Below, piece after piece: positions 26,324-35,719 of a DNA stretch of 64,000 nt (positions within the stretch are counted from its first letter, which is position 1; each line of letters starts with the position of its first letter). The position numbers and the translations under genes were made by a program. Below the pieces are notes generated by a model. The model saw nothing but the letters and a program-made list of their open reading frames with translations, was not told where the DNA came from and made no database searches. The stretch is from an uncultured Eubacteriales bacterium (GTDB lineage Bacteria; Bacillota; Clostridia; Oscillospirales; CAG-272), in assembly GCA_934393265.1 (NCBI GenBank), contig CAKRQL010000004.1:211225-275224 (forward strand). Reading direction: 5' to 3'.

Positions 26324-28543
26324 TCAGAAATCCATAGATACCTGTGAAATATTTACGCCGGTTGACGGAATAGCGAGACGGACGCATTTCTGTGCCTCTT
26401 CAGGCAGCGATTCTATCATTGATGTTACAAAATCGATTTTTACATTCTTCTTCGGTATCTGCATTACCTGAACACCGGAGGAGGTCCGCGTGACCATTTC
26501 GGGAATCAGTGATGACTTCACTATCATACCCCGTCCGGCGTCACTGCGTATAAAGATTTTTACCGGCTTGTCACCCTCGTATATTGCGCCGACAAGCGGG
26601 CTCGCCGAAGAGCATGCGCCGCTTATCTTCCTGCGTCTGCTCTTTGACTCGTAAGCAGACATCGGAACGCGGACGCCCTTGCCGTTCTCAAATACATAGA
26701 CCATGTGATGCTCAGGCACTATATCGTATATCATCTTACATCCGACGACATGCTCGCCGTCGTCCATTGAGAGCTTCGCAGGGATATAGTCACCCATCTG
26801 AGTTGCCTTTGACAATTCAAAATCCGCTACCCTCGCGCGGTATATCTGCGCTTTGTCGGTGAAGAAGAGTATATCTCCGCGATTGTCGGTCTCCTCCTCG
26901 TATATTATCGTGTCGCCCTCCTTGAGCTTATGCTCGTCGGACCCGCGCGCCGCCTGTACCGACAGCTTCTTGAAATAGCCGCCGCGCGTAAGAACAAGCT
27001 TGCAATTGTAGTTTTCAAAGAAGAGCTCATCTTTGTTCGCAGCCTCAACGCCGTTTTTCTCTATCAGTCCCGTTTTACGAGGTCTGCCGTACTTTTTCTT
27101 TATTTCCTGAAGTTGTGAGATTATCAGTGCCTTGAGCTTCAGCTCATCACGCAGGATTTCCTTGATATTTTCTATCTCCTCGCGCAGGCTGTCTATCTCT
27201 TTTATTCGGTTAAGTATATACTGCCTGTTGAGGTTACGCAGTTTTATCTCCGCTATATACTCAGCCTGTGCTTTCGAGATAGCAAATCCGGCGGCGAGAT
27301 TGGGAACGACATCCTCTTCGCGCTCTGTGCTTCTGATTATTCTGATAGCCTTATCTATGTCGAGTAGAAGCGTAGCAAGTCCGAGAAGAAGATGAAGCTT
27401 GTCCTCTTTCTTACCGAGGTCGTAATTCAGCTCTCTTGTAAGACACGAGGAACGGAACTTTATCCACTGAAGCAGGATATTTTTTACTCCGAGCTGCATC
27501 GGAGTTCCGTTTACGAGAATGTTAAAATTGCAGTCGAAATTATTTTCAAGCTCGGTCGCTGTGAACAGCTTCTGTATCACCGTATCCGGATCGGCATCAC
27601 GGCGCAAATCAAATGTGAGCTTAAAGCCGCTGAGGTCGATGGCATCTCTTACGTCAGCCACCTCGCGCAGCTTCCCCGCCTTTATAAGGTCGGTGGCTTT
27701 CTTCATAATGGTCTCAATGCAGGAGGAGTACGGGATTTCGAGAACATCAATGCAGTTGTCCTTCTTGACATACTCATACCTCGCGCGCATCCTGAATGAA
27801 CCTACGCCGGTTTCGTAGATTTTCTTCATCTGCTCGCGATCGTAGATAATGAGACCTCCACCGGGGAAATCCGGCGCCTTGATAATATCGAGAAGACGGT
27901 CCGTAGTAGTGTTTGGGTTTTTGAGCAGTGCTATCGTTCCGTCGCATATCTCGGCGAGATTGAATGAGCATATTGAACACGCCATACCGACGGCTATACC
28001 GAGGTTGGGAGTTACAAGAATATTCGGGAATCTCGTGGGAAGAAGCGTCGGCTCCGTTGTGGTGTTGTCATAGTTAGGTACAAAGTCTACCGCATCTTTA
28101 TCAATGCCGGTAAACAGCTCCGCGGCAAACGGGTCAAGCTTTGCCTCCGTATATCTGGACGCGGCATACGCCATATCGCGGGAATACTGCTTTCCGAATG
28201 AGCCCTTTGAGTCAATGAACGGGTGCAGAAGAGCCTCGTTAGCCCTCGTAAGTCGCACCATTGTTTCGTATATAGACGCATCTCCGTGGGGGTTCAGGTG
28301 CATTGTATCTCCGACAATGGTTGCACTCTTGACCCTCGGACCATTAAGCAATCCATGGCTGTACATACTGTAAAGAAGCTTTCGGTGAGCGGGCTTAAAG
28401 CCGTCTATTTCCGGTATCGCGCGGGAGACGATAACGCTCATCGCGTACGGCATATAGTTTTTCTCAAGCGTCTCTGTTATGGGCTGCTCAAGCACCGGGG
28501 CGGCGTCGAGCAGTACGTCCTCTTCCTTTTTCTTCTTTGCCAT
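26324..28543 (-). CDS. parC: Type IIA topoisomerase subunit A (ParC/GyrA family)
   Basis: NYMPYAMSVIVSRAIPEIDGFKPAHRKLLYSMY; the catalytic Tyr lies in AYAASRYTEAKL. About 740 aa, shorter than a typical GyrA. ATG at 28543 preferred over the TTG at 28552. Confidence 0.8.
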   Translation of the reverse strand: MAKKKKEEDVLLDAAPVLEQPITETLEKNYMPYAMSVIVSRAIPEIDGFKPAHRKLLYSMYSHGLLNGPRVKSATIVGDTMHLNPHGDASIYETMVRLTRANEALLHPFIDSKGSFGKQYSRDMAYAASRYTEAKLDPFAAELFTGIDKDAVDFVPNYDNTTTEPTLLPTRFPNILVTPNLGIAVGMACSICSFNLAEICDGTIALLKNPNTTTDRLLDIIKAPDFPGGGLIIYDREQMKKIYETGVGSFRMRARYEYVKKDNCIDVLEIPYSSCIETIMKKATDLIKAGKLREVADVRDAIDLSGFKLTFDLRRDADPDTVIQKLFTATELENNFDCNFNILVNGTPMQLGVKNILLQWIKFRSSCLTRELNYDLGKKEDKLHLLLGLATLLLDIDKAIRIIRSTEREEDVVPNLAAGFAISKAQAEYIAEIKLRNLNRQYILNRIKEIDSLREEIENIKEILRDELKLKALIISQLQEIKKKYGRPRKTGLIEKNGVEAANKDELFFENYNCKLVLTRGGYFKKLSVQAARGSDEHKLKEGDTIIYEEETDNRGDILFFTDKAQIYRARVADFELSKATQMGDYIPAKLSMDDGEHVVGCKMIYDIVPEHHMVYVFENGKGVRVPMSAYESKSRRRKISGACSSASPLVGAIYEGDKPVKIFIRSDAGRGMIVKSSLIPEMVTRTSSGVQVMQIPKKNVKIDFVTSMIESLPEEAQKCVRLAIPSTGVNISQVSMDF

Positions 28544-28558
28544 TTCGTACAATTCCTA

Positions 28559-29611
28559 TCAAAGTTTTATTATGTTGTGAGCCGCGGCGCGTATCATGCG
28601 GTTATAAAGTGCGAGCTCTATGCCATCAAGCCCCGGGAGCGGTGCATATATCCTGTCAAAATTACACTTATCGGCTTCTCGCAGAATGTAGAATAGCTTG
28701 TGTGCCTGCAGTCGACCGTCTTTCCTGCTTCCGAAATCATATATTACAGCGTCCGGATTTACGGAATGAATTTTTCCGGTATCCTCGGCGTAAACAATAA
28801 CGGCTATCCGCCCGTCACCATGCTCTTTTATGTAATTTGCGCACTTTTCGGGCGAGCCGTCAAGAAGCGTCAGCGGCGCGCGCGGCGCATAGTGGCGATA
28901 TTTCATACCGGGAGACAGTGCGCGCTCGCCGGGCTTCAGCTCTCCGGTAACCGCGTCCGCAATTCTGACATCGGGTATCACGGAACGCAGCTCCTCCGGA
29001 GTTATTCCTCCGGGGCGAAGCAGCGTAAGGTGACCGTCATCCTCTATCTTCACTATCGTAGACTCAAGCCCTATATCACATTCGCCGCCGTCTATTATCA
29101 TATCGACCCGCCCCATCATATCGTCCATCACGTGCGGAGCGTCGGTAGGAGAGGGCGAACCGGAAAGATTGGCAGACGGCGCGGCAATCGGCACACCGCA
29201 AAGCTCTATAAATTTTGCCGCGATTTTGTTTACCGGGCAACGCACGGCGACAGTAGGCAGACCTCCCCGCGTCACAAGCGGGACATTGTCGCGCGACGGC
29301 ATTATAACCGTCAGCGGTCCGGGCATAAACTCTGCCGCGAGTTTTTTATATGTTTCGGAAGTATATGTGTATTTTTCCGCTTCGTCAGGGTCGGATATAT
29401 GGATTATCAGGGGGTTGTCCGACGGACGCCCCTTTGCTGTATATATTGACTTCACCGCGACCGGGTCGAGCGCATTTGCGCCAAGACCGTAGACAGTCTC
29501 GGTAGGAAAAATCACAAGTCCGCCGCGCTTTATTATCTCAGCGGCACGGAAAAGCGCATCTTCACCGGAGGAGAGATCCTCCAGTATCTTAACGACTTCG
29601 GTTTTCATCAA
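28559..29611 (-). CDS. tsaC: L-threonylcarbamoyladenylate synthase, long Sua5/YwlC form
   Basis: YrdC domain (GGLVIFPTETVYGLGANAL, PLIIHI) plus a C-terminal Sua5 domain. 350 aa. Confidence 0.9.
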   Translation of the reverse strand: MMKTEVVKILEDLSSGEDALFRAAEIIKRGGLVIFPTETVYGLGANALDPVAVKSIYTAKGRPSDNPLIIHISDPDEAEKYTYTSETYKKLAAEFMPGPLTVIMPSRDNVPLVTRGGLPTVAVRCPVNKIAAKFIELCGVPIAAPSANLSGSPSPTDAPHVMDDMMGRVDMIIDGGECDIGLESTIVKIEDDGHLTLLRPGGITPEELRSVIPDVRIADAVTGELKPGERALSPGMKYRHYAPRAPLTLLDGSPEKCANYIKEHGDGRIAVIVYAEDTGKIHSVNPDAVIYDFGSRKDGRLQAHKLFYILREADKCNFDRIYAPLPGLDGIELALYNRMIRAAAHNIIKL

Positions 29612-30677
29612 GCTCGTTTTTCAGCTTCTCGGCGGAGTCCGCCGCTATAAGCTCGGAGATCATCTCTCCTATATCTCCGTTCATAAAGGATTGCAGGGTA
29701 TAAATCGTTTTGTTTATTCTGTGGTCGGTAACGCGCGACTGCGGATAATTGTATGTCCTTATCTTCTCACTTCGGTCCCCGCTACCTATCTGGGAGCGGC
29801 GCTGTGAAGCGGTCATCTTCTCCTGCTCTCTTACACGCATGTCATAGAGTCGTGTACGCAGGAGCGTCAGTGCTTTTTCCTTGTTCTGCAGCTGACTTCT
29901 CTCCTGGTCACACTCTATTACTATGCCGGTAGGCTTATGGGTAAGTCTGACGGCGGATTCGGTTTTGTTTATGTGCTGTCCTCCCGCTCCGCTCGACTTA
30001 CACGACTCAAATTTTATATCCTCCGGTCTTATCTGCACCTCTACCTCGTCAGCCTCGGCAAGCACGGCGACAGAGACAGCGGAGGTCTGTATTCTTCCGT
30101 TCGACTCGGTGAGGGGTATTCTCTGCACGCGATGTACACCCGACTCGAATTTGAAGCGGGAAAAAGCCCCCTCGCCGCTCACTGAAAAGGTTATCTCACG
30201 ATAACCGCCGAGCTCCGTCTCATTGGCGCTCACCACCTCAGTAGAAAAGCCCTCGCGATCGGCATACATAGTGTACATTCTGTACAGGTCGGCAGCAAAC
30301 AATGCAGCTTCTTCCCCGCCCGTTCCCGCGCGTATCTCGACTATCACGTTCCTGCTGTCGCGCTCATCCTTAGGAAGAAGGAGCATCCTGAGCTCCGAAA
30401 AGAGCTTTTCTCCCCTTTCTGAGAGCTCCGTATACTCGTCGTCGGCGAGCTTTCTCATTTCTGCATCGCACGACGAATCCCGGCGGATGGCGTCTGCCTC
30501 TTCCTTCTCCTGCCGCACTCTCACATAGTCGCGATATGCCGTAACTATTTCGGTAAGAGAGCGGTATTCGCGCGTAAGCGCCGTGAATTTTTTGCTGTCA
30601 GCCGCAACATCCGGTTGTGACATGAGGCGTTCAAGCTCATGATATCTGTCGGACACGGCATTTAGCTTTTCAAGCAT
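29589..30677 (-). CDS. prfA: Peptide chain release factor 1
   Basis: GGQ motif SSGAGGQHINKTESAVRLTHKPTG and an RF1-type PxT tripeptide (RIPLTES). 362 aa. Confidence 0.95.
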   Translation of the reverse strand: MLEKLNAVSDRYHELERLMSQPDVAADSKKFTALTREYRSLTEIVTAYRDYVRVRQEKEEADAIRRDSSCDAEMRKLADDEYTELSERGEKLFSELRMLLLPKDERDSRNVIVEIRAGTGGEEAALFAADLYRMYTMYADREGFSTEVVSANETELGGYREITFSVSGEGAFSRFKFESGVHRVQRIPLTESNGRIQTSAVSVAVLAEADEVEVQIRPEDIKFESCKSSGAGGQHINKTESAVRLTHKPTGIVIECDQERSQLQNKEKALTLLRTRLYDMRVREQEKMTASQRRSQIGSGDRSEKIRTYNYPQSRVTDHRINKTIYTLQSFMNGDIGEMISELIAADSAEKLKNELDENRSR

Positions 30678-30724
30678 ATTCTGTTATCTCCCGTATTCTC
30701 ATAAGTGCGAATAATGCCGGCGCA

Positions 30725-32125
30725 TTATTTCACGAACACGGAGAGCGCCTCAAATGTAGAATAAATATCCGCCTTTGAAACGACCTCAAAAGGCGCGTGC
30801 ATAGATATCACCGGTACGCCGATATCAATAGTGTCGATGTTGTGAAGCGATATATACTTTGCGACGGTTCCGCCTCCGCCTGCGTCAACCTTACCCATTT
30901 CGGATACCTGGAATATAACGCCGTTGTCGCGGAAGAGCTTACGGACATATCCGAGAAGCTCGGCAGATGCGTCGTTTGTCGAGGACTTACCGCGCGCGCC
31001 GGTATACTTTGCGATAGCCGCGCCGCAGGAGATTATAGAGCTGTTTCTCTTTTCGTAAACATCGGCAAAATTCGGGTCATATGCCGCGGTGACATCTGCC
31101 GAGAGGCACTTTGAGTGTGCTCTTACGATGCGCTCGTTCTTTCCGAGTGCCGCAGAAATTTCCGCGATTATATCCGTGAGTATATCCGACTGCATGCCTG
31201 TGACGCCGTCGGAGCCGGTCTCTTCCTTATCAGCAAAGACGACGATAACGGTTTTATTCGTATTTTTGTTTTCAAGAAGCGCGGTAAGAGCGGGATAGGA
31301 GCACACCTTATCGTCGTGCCCGTATGCACCGATGAGTGCGCGGTCAAAGCCTATATCACGGGCATTGAATGCCGGGACCATCGTGAGCTCCGCACTCATG
31401 AAATCCTCTTCGCAAATACCGTACTTTTCAAAGAGAAGAGACAACGTGTTCAGCTTCACCTTTTCGGAAACCTCATCGTCCGCATACGGCATGCCGCCGA
31501 TAAGCACATTGAGTGTCTCGCCGGGGATCGCATTTCCGAGAGTCTCGCCGTACTGCTTCTGCGAAAGGTGCGGAAGAAGGTCATTGACATAGAAAACGGG
31601 ATCTCCGGGCTCATCGCCTATCTTTACATCGACGATCTCGCCGTCAGCCTTTACGATAACTCCGTGAAGAGCAAGGGGGGTTGCGGTCCACTGGTACTTC
31701 TTTATTCCGCCGTAATAATGAGTTTTGAGGAAGCACATGTTGCTGTCCTCGTAGAGGGGTATCGGCTTTATATCAAGGCGGGGAGAATCTATGTGCGAGG
31801 CGATAATTCTGACTCCCTCGTTCTCTATATCGTCATCACCGACATGAATGAACACGACACTCTTTCCGCGGTTGTTGCAATAAAGATTGTCGCCGACCGA
31901 AATTTTATCGCCGAGAGTGTAGGAACGGAATCCCGCATCCTCTGCCAGCCTGACAGCGGTTTTTACCGCCTCGCGCTCGGTCTTTGCGTTATCAAGAAAG
32001 CGCACATATCCGTCTGCATAGTCGAATATCTTCTTTACCGTCTCGGGCGAGGCGCTTTCGTAAACATTCTGCTTTTTGTATGAGAGCTTGTCGAGCATCT
32101 CATTTCCGATACTTTTTTCTGCCAT
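30725..32125 (-). CDS. M18-family aminopeptidase
   Basis: IIASHIDSPRLDIKP, HYYGGIKKYQW, GAYGHDDKVCS, FADKEETGS, ISMHAPFE. Confidence 0.8.
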   Translation of the reverse strand: MAEKSIGNEMLDKLSYKKQNVYESASPETVKKIFDYADGYVRFLDNAKTEREAVKTAVRLAEDAGFRSYTLGDKISVGDNLYCNNRGKSVVFIHVGDDDIENEGVRIIASHIDSPRLDIKPIPLYEDSNMCFLKTHYYGGIKKYQWTATPLALHGVIVKADGEIVDVKIGDEPGDPVFYVNDLLPHLSQKQYGETLGNAIPGETLNVLIGGMPYADDEVSEKVKLNTLSLLFEKYGICEEDFMSAELTMVPAFNARDIGFDRALIGAYGHDDKVCSYPALTALLENKNTNKTVIVVFADKEETGSDGVTGMQSDILTDIIAEISAALGKNERIVRAHSKCLSADVTAAYDPNFADVYEKRNSSIISCGAAIAKYTGARGKSSTNDASAELLGYVRKLFRDNGVIFQVSEMGKVDAGGGGTVAKYISLHNIDTIDIGVPVISMHAPFEVVSKADIYSTFEALSVFVK

Positions 32126-32137
32126 GTTTTTATCTCC

Positions 32138-32740
32138 TTAAAACAAAATTTTATCAATAAGTTCGTCGACAGCCTTTGTCAAATCCGCCGTGGTGCCGTT
32201 GTTATGTATCACATAGTCCGAATTTTTAATCAGAAAGTCATCTGACAGCTGCGCGTCTATACGCCTCCGTGCAGCGTCGGCGGTCAGTCCGTCGCGCTCC
32301 ATTATCCTGGCGACGCGGCGGGAGCGATCGGCGATTACAGCTACGGTCACATCACACTTTTTGTCATATCCGCTCTCAAAGAGGAGCGGTGCGTCAAATA
32401 CAACCGCGCGCACACCGTCCTTGCGATATCCGTCCATCATTCGCTCGGCTTCGGCTATGACATACTTATGCGTGATCGCGTTCAGCCGCTTTACCCTCGT
32501 TCCGGTTTTATCCGAAAATACAGTCTCTGCAAGAGCGCGACGGTCAAGTATGCCGTATGAAAGTATCCCCGTACCGAATTCACCGACGAGCTCGTCAAGG
32601 CACCCTCCCGGAGAACCGACAATTTTATGATAAACCGCGTCACAGTCAACAGAGGGTATGCCGTGCGCCGCGAATATGCGCGCCACGCTTCCCTTGCCGC
32701 TACCGCTGCCTCCGCAGAGACCGATTACTATCATTTTCAA
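32138..32740 (-). CDS. coaE: Dephospho-CoA kinase
   Basis: P-loop IGLCGGSGSGKGSV, DAPLLFESG, 200 aa. Confidence 0.9.
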   Translation of the reverse strand: MKMIVIGLCGGSGSGKGSVARIFAAHGIPSVDCDAVYHKIVGSPGGCLDELVGEFGTGILSYGILDRRALAETVFSDKTGTRVKRLNAITHKYVIAEAERMMDGYRKDGVRAVVFDAPLLFESGYDKKCDVTVAVIADRSRRVARIMERDGLTADAARRRIDAQLSDDFLIKNSDYVIHNNGTTADLTKAVDELIDKILF

Positions 32741-32867
32741 GTCCTCCGCATGGTTTTTATCCGTCTATCAATACATTATACATAACTTTTAATAAAAAGT
32801 CAAGTTTTAAGTGTCATATTTTGCCGTTGCGGAATAATATGCCTATGAAAATGAAAGGGGGGATACT

Positions 32868-33920
32868 ATGCTTAAAGCAGAACCGAAAACAAATTACAGA
32901 TTTTTCACCGCCGCAAACGGCTACACCGGCTTCAGAAGCTATTTTGACAGTGTTTTCTCACCGACGGAATACACACGTATATTTGTCCTGAAGGGCGGAC
33001 CCGGAACCGGAAAAAGCACATTACTGCGGAATATCGCCGCCGCGCTCGAGGACTCCTGTGACAGATGCGAGCTCATACTGTGCTCATCAGACCCACATTC
33101 GCTGGACGGGATCATATTACAGCGTGGCGGACGGCGAATCGGAATACTTGACGGAACGGCTCCGCATGAGAGAGACGCGTTGCTGCCGGGTGCGGTCAGT
33201 GAGCTTATAAACCTCGGCGACGGGTGGAATGCGGAAGAACTTAAGAAGCACCGTAAAGAAATCGAAGAGCTTGATAAAATCCGGATAAACTACTATCGTA
33301 GCGCCTATGAGAAACTCGCTTTAATAGGAAAAATTGACGGTTATATCATGGCAGACGTAAAAGAAGCGTTTGACATTACAGCCGTCGGACGTTACGCCAG
33401 AGAGGTGATTTCAAATATCAGCGCTCCGAACGGCGAGCGGGATATACGCCTCGTATCCGCTGTATGCTCAAGGGGCAGGCTGACACTCCCGACGCTCGGT
33501 AAAATATCCACGGCTACAATACACGTCGGCGGTTCCCGTTACGCGGCGCGACTGTTCCTGACATTTCTAGCAAACGAGGCAAAGCGATCCGGCATACGCC
33601 ACATTTACATTCCTGAGCCGGAACGGGACGAATACTGCGAGGCGCTTCTCTTCCCCGATGCATCGCTTTCAATCGTCCGTGAAAGCGTTGGACCGTATGA
33701 CGTATTTGCAGATGACTACATCGTCACTCCGTGCGCTGGAAGCGAGCTATACAGGCACTTTGCGGATGAACTCTCCACACATGCGACCGAGGCACTCGCA
33801 AAAGCCTCCGAAAATCATTTCGAGCTTGAGAAGATTTATTCCGCCGCGATGGACTACACCGTCTGCGACAGAATATGCGCATCTCTTACGGAGCGGTGCT
33901 CTGCCCTGCTTTCGGACTGA
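32868..33920 (+). CDS. Uncharacterised P-loop NTPase (resembles the PRK06851-type family, from memory)
   Basis: Walker A VLKGGPGTGKSTLL, a Walker-B-like IGILDGTAPHERD, and LINLGDGWN. No other recognisable domain. Confidence 0.5.
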   Translation: MLKAEPKTNYRFFTAANGYTGFRSYFDSVFSPTEYTRIFVLKGGPGTGKSTLLRNIAAALEDSCDRCELILCSSDPHSLDGIILQRGGRRIGILDGTAPHERDALLPGAVSELINLGDGWNAEELKKHRKEIEELDKIRINYYRSAYEKLALIGKIDGYIMADVKEAFDITAVGRYAREVISNISAPNGERDIRLVSAVCSRGRLTLPTLGKISTATIHVGGSRYAARLFLTFLANEAKRSGIRHIYIPEPERDEYCEALLFPDASLSIVRESVGPYDVFADDYIVTPCAGSELYRHFADELSTHATEALAKASENHFELEKIYSAAMDYTVCDRICASLTERCSALLSD

Positions 33921-33949
33921 CGGCTTTTGTATAAATTCCTCGTCTTTTC

Positions 33950-33978
33950 TTGACATAATCGCCGCAATGTGCTATCAT
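33950..33978 (+). promoter_or_regulatory. Sigma-A-type promoter for tmcAL
   Basis: -35 TTGACA (33950-33955), 17-nt spacer, extended -10 TGcTATCAT (33970-33978). Confidence 0.55.
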
Positions 33979-34033
33979 TGTACTTGGTGTATTTTAACGC
34001 GCGTGCACCGCATATCTGTATGGAGGAAGCAAT

Positions 34034-35251
34034 GTGAAAACCGTAGCGATAATCGCCGAGTACAATCCGTTTCACAACGGTCATATGCACCATATAGACA
34101 TGATAAGGCGTGATTTCGGTAATGATACGGCTATCGTTGCCGTCATGAGCGGCAGCTTCACGCAGAGAGCCGAGCCGGCGATTGCCGACAAATATGCCCG
34201 CGCGGAGGCTGCCGTCAGATGCGGGGTCAGCCTGGTACTCGAGCTGCCGTTTCCGCACAGTGTCTCATCAGCGGCGTATTTCGCCTCATGCGGAGTACAC
34301 ATTGTCACATCGCTCGGATGTATCGATGCAATAAGCTTCGGCAGTGAATGTGCGGATGCGTCAATGCTCTCCGTGATAGCCGACCGGATGTGCTCTCCCG
34401 AATACGGCTCGGAAATCAAAGCCGCACTTGCAGCGGATGAAAACCGCGGTATAGGCTACCCCGCCGTCTGCGAGAAGGTATATACCCGCCTTTACGGTTC
34501 ACTTCCGGAAGGAATATTCAGCCCGAATAACATTCTGGGGATTGAATATATAAAGGCACTCCGCGAGCGCGGCAGCGATATAATGCCGCATACGGTGCGC
34601 AGAACAGGCGGCGGATACAACGAAACCGACACTCTCCCGGATACAGGGTTTCAGAGCGCGGCGGCACTGCGACGGGTCATTGCTGACGGCGGAGATATAT
34701 CTCCCTATATCCCGAAGGAATCGTACAATGTTCTTATGCGCGAGGCGTTGAAGGGCAGATTCCCCGCAGACGGCGACAGGCTCTCCCCCGCCGTAATATC
34801 AAAATTCAGGTTATCTGATCGCATGTCCCCGGATGATTATCCCGACGGCGGCAGCGGTCTTTATAACCGCCTCTTCTCATCAGCGGCAGAGGCGAACAAT
34901 ATATCATCGCTGATACGTCTGTCCGAAACAAAAAAGTATACGAGAGCGCGCGTACGGCGCGGCATATGCTATCATTTCTTCGGCGTTACCTCCTCCGAGG
35001 TGAATGATATGCCGACATACGCGCTCCTGCTCGCTGCCGATGAAAAAGGACAGAAGATCCTGAAAAATGTGAAGAAAACGACAGGCTTCAGAATACTTAC
35101 AAAGCCGTCATCCTGCACCCGCCTTGACAGAGCGGCGAGAGCTTCCTTCGAGCGACGCGCACGTGTCGACTCGGTATACGAGCTCTGCCTCCCCGTCCCG
35201 GGGAGCGCGCCGGATGTAATGCGTCGCACGCCCTTTGTAAAAAAAGCGTGA
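34034..35251 (+). CDS. tmcAL: tRNA(Met) cytidine acetate ligase (TmcAL/YlbM, UPF0348 nucleotidyltransferase)
   Basis: GTG start after GGAGGAAG. The N-terminus VAIIAEYNPFHNGHMHHI...VMSGSFTQRAEPAI is characteristic of the family. Confidence 0.8.
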   Translation: MKTVAIIAEYNPFHNGHMHHIDMIRRDFGNDTAIVAVMSGSFTQRAEPAIADKYARAEAAVRCGVSLVLELPFPHSVSSAAYFASCGVHIVTSLGCIDAISFGSECADASMLSVIADRMCSPEYGSEIKAALAADENRGIGYPAVCEKVYTRLYGSLPEGIFSPNNILGIEYIKALRERGSDIMPHTVRRTGGGYNETDTLPDTGFQSAAALRRVIADGGDISPYIPKESYNVLMREALKGRFPADGDRLSPAVISKFRLSDRMSPDDYPDGGSGLYNRLFSSAAEANNISSLIRLSETKKYTRARVRRGICYHFFGVTSSEVNDMPTYALLLAADEKGQKILKNVKKTTGFRILTKPSSCTRLDRAARASFERRARVDSVYELCLPVPGSAPDVMRRTPFVKKA

Positions 35252-35292
35252 GATTTGCGATTTTTAAGCACGGTCTGATTTTGTCGAAGGCA

Positions 35293-35321
35293 TTTACAAG
35301 CGCCGCACCGTCTGCTATTAT
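35293..35321 (+). promoter_or_regulatory. Sigma-A-type promoter for the small ORF/DUF3048-like pair
   Basis: -35 TTTACA (35293-35298), 17-nt spacer, extended -10 TGcTATTAT (35313-35321). Confidence 0.5.
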
Positions 35322-35377
35322 TGTTTACGGGAACGGACAACAGCCGTCGTTTTCCAATCCGAAGAAAGGAGTACAGA

Positions 35378-35668
35378 ATGCTTGAACTCAATGGCGTCGG
35401 CGAAAATGAATTCGTCGAATACAAGAACAGACCCCTTGTCCGTCAGGGCAATGATATCTTCTACGGCGACCTGTCAGAAGAATATCATGTATACATGATG
35501 ATAATGTCGGACAAGCCCTCTAACAAAACAGGCGAATCGGTACCTGATAAAATAATGGTACAGCTTCGCAAAAACGGGACGCAGATGCCCGCAAAACAGA
35601 CACTCGCCCACGGGATTGTCGATGCTCTCGACACTGCCGCCGTGTGGCTTGAGCGCTACAACAAATAA
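35378..35668 (+). CDS. Hypothetical 96-aa soluble protein
   Basis: AAAGGAG precedes ATG 35378. No motif I recognise. Own promoter; 51 nt upstream of the next gene. Confidence 0.45.
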   Translation: MLELNGVGENEFVEYKNRPLVRQGNDIFYGDLSEEYHVYMMIMSDKPSNKTGESVPDKIMVQLRKNGTQMPAKQTLAHGIVDALDTAAVWLERYNK

Positions 35669-35719
35669 GCGCTCTTCGTAAAAGCGTGTATGCCCTCCCG
35701 GCATACAAGGAGGTAAAAA

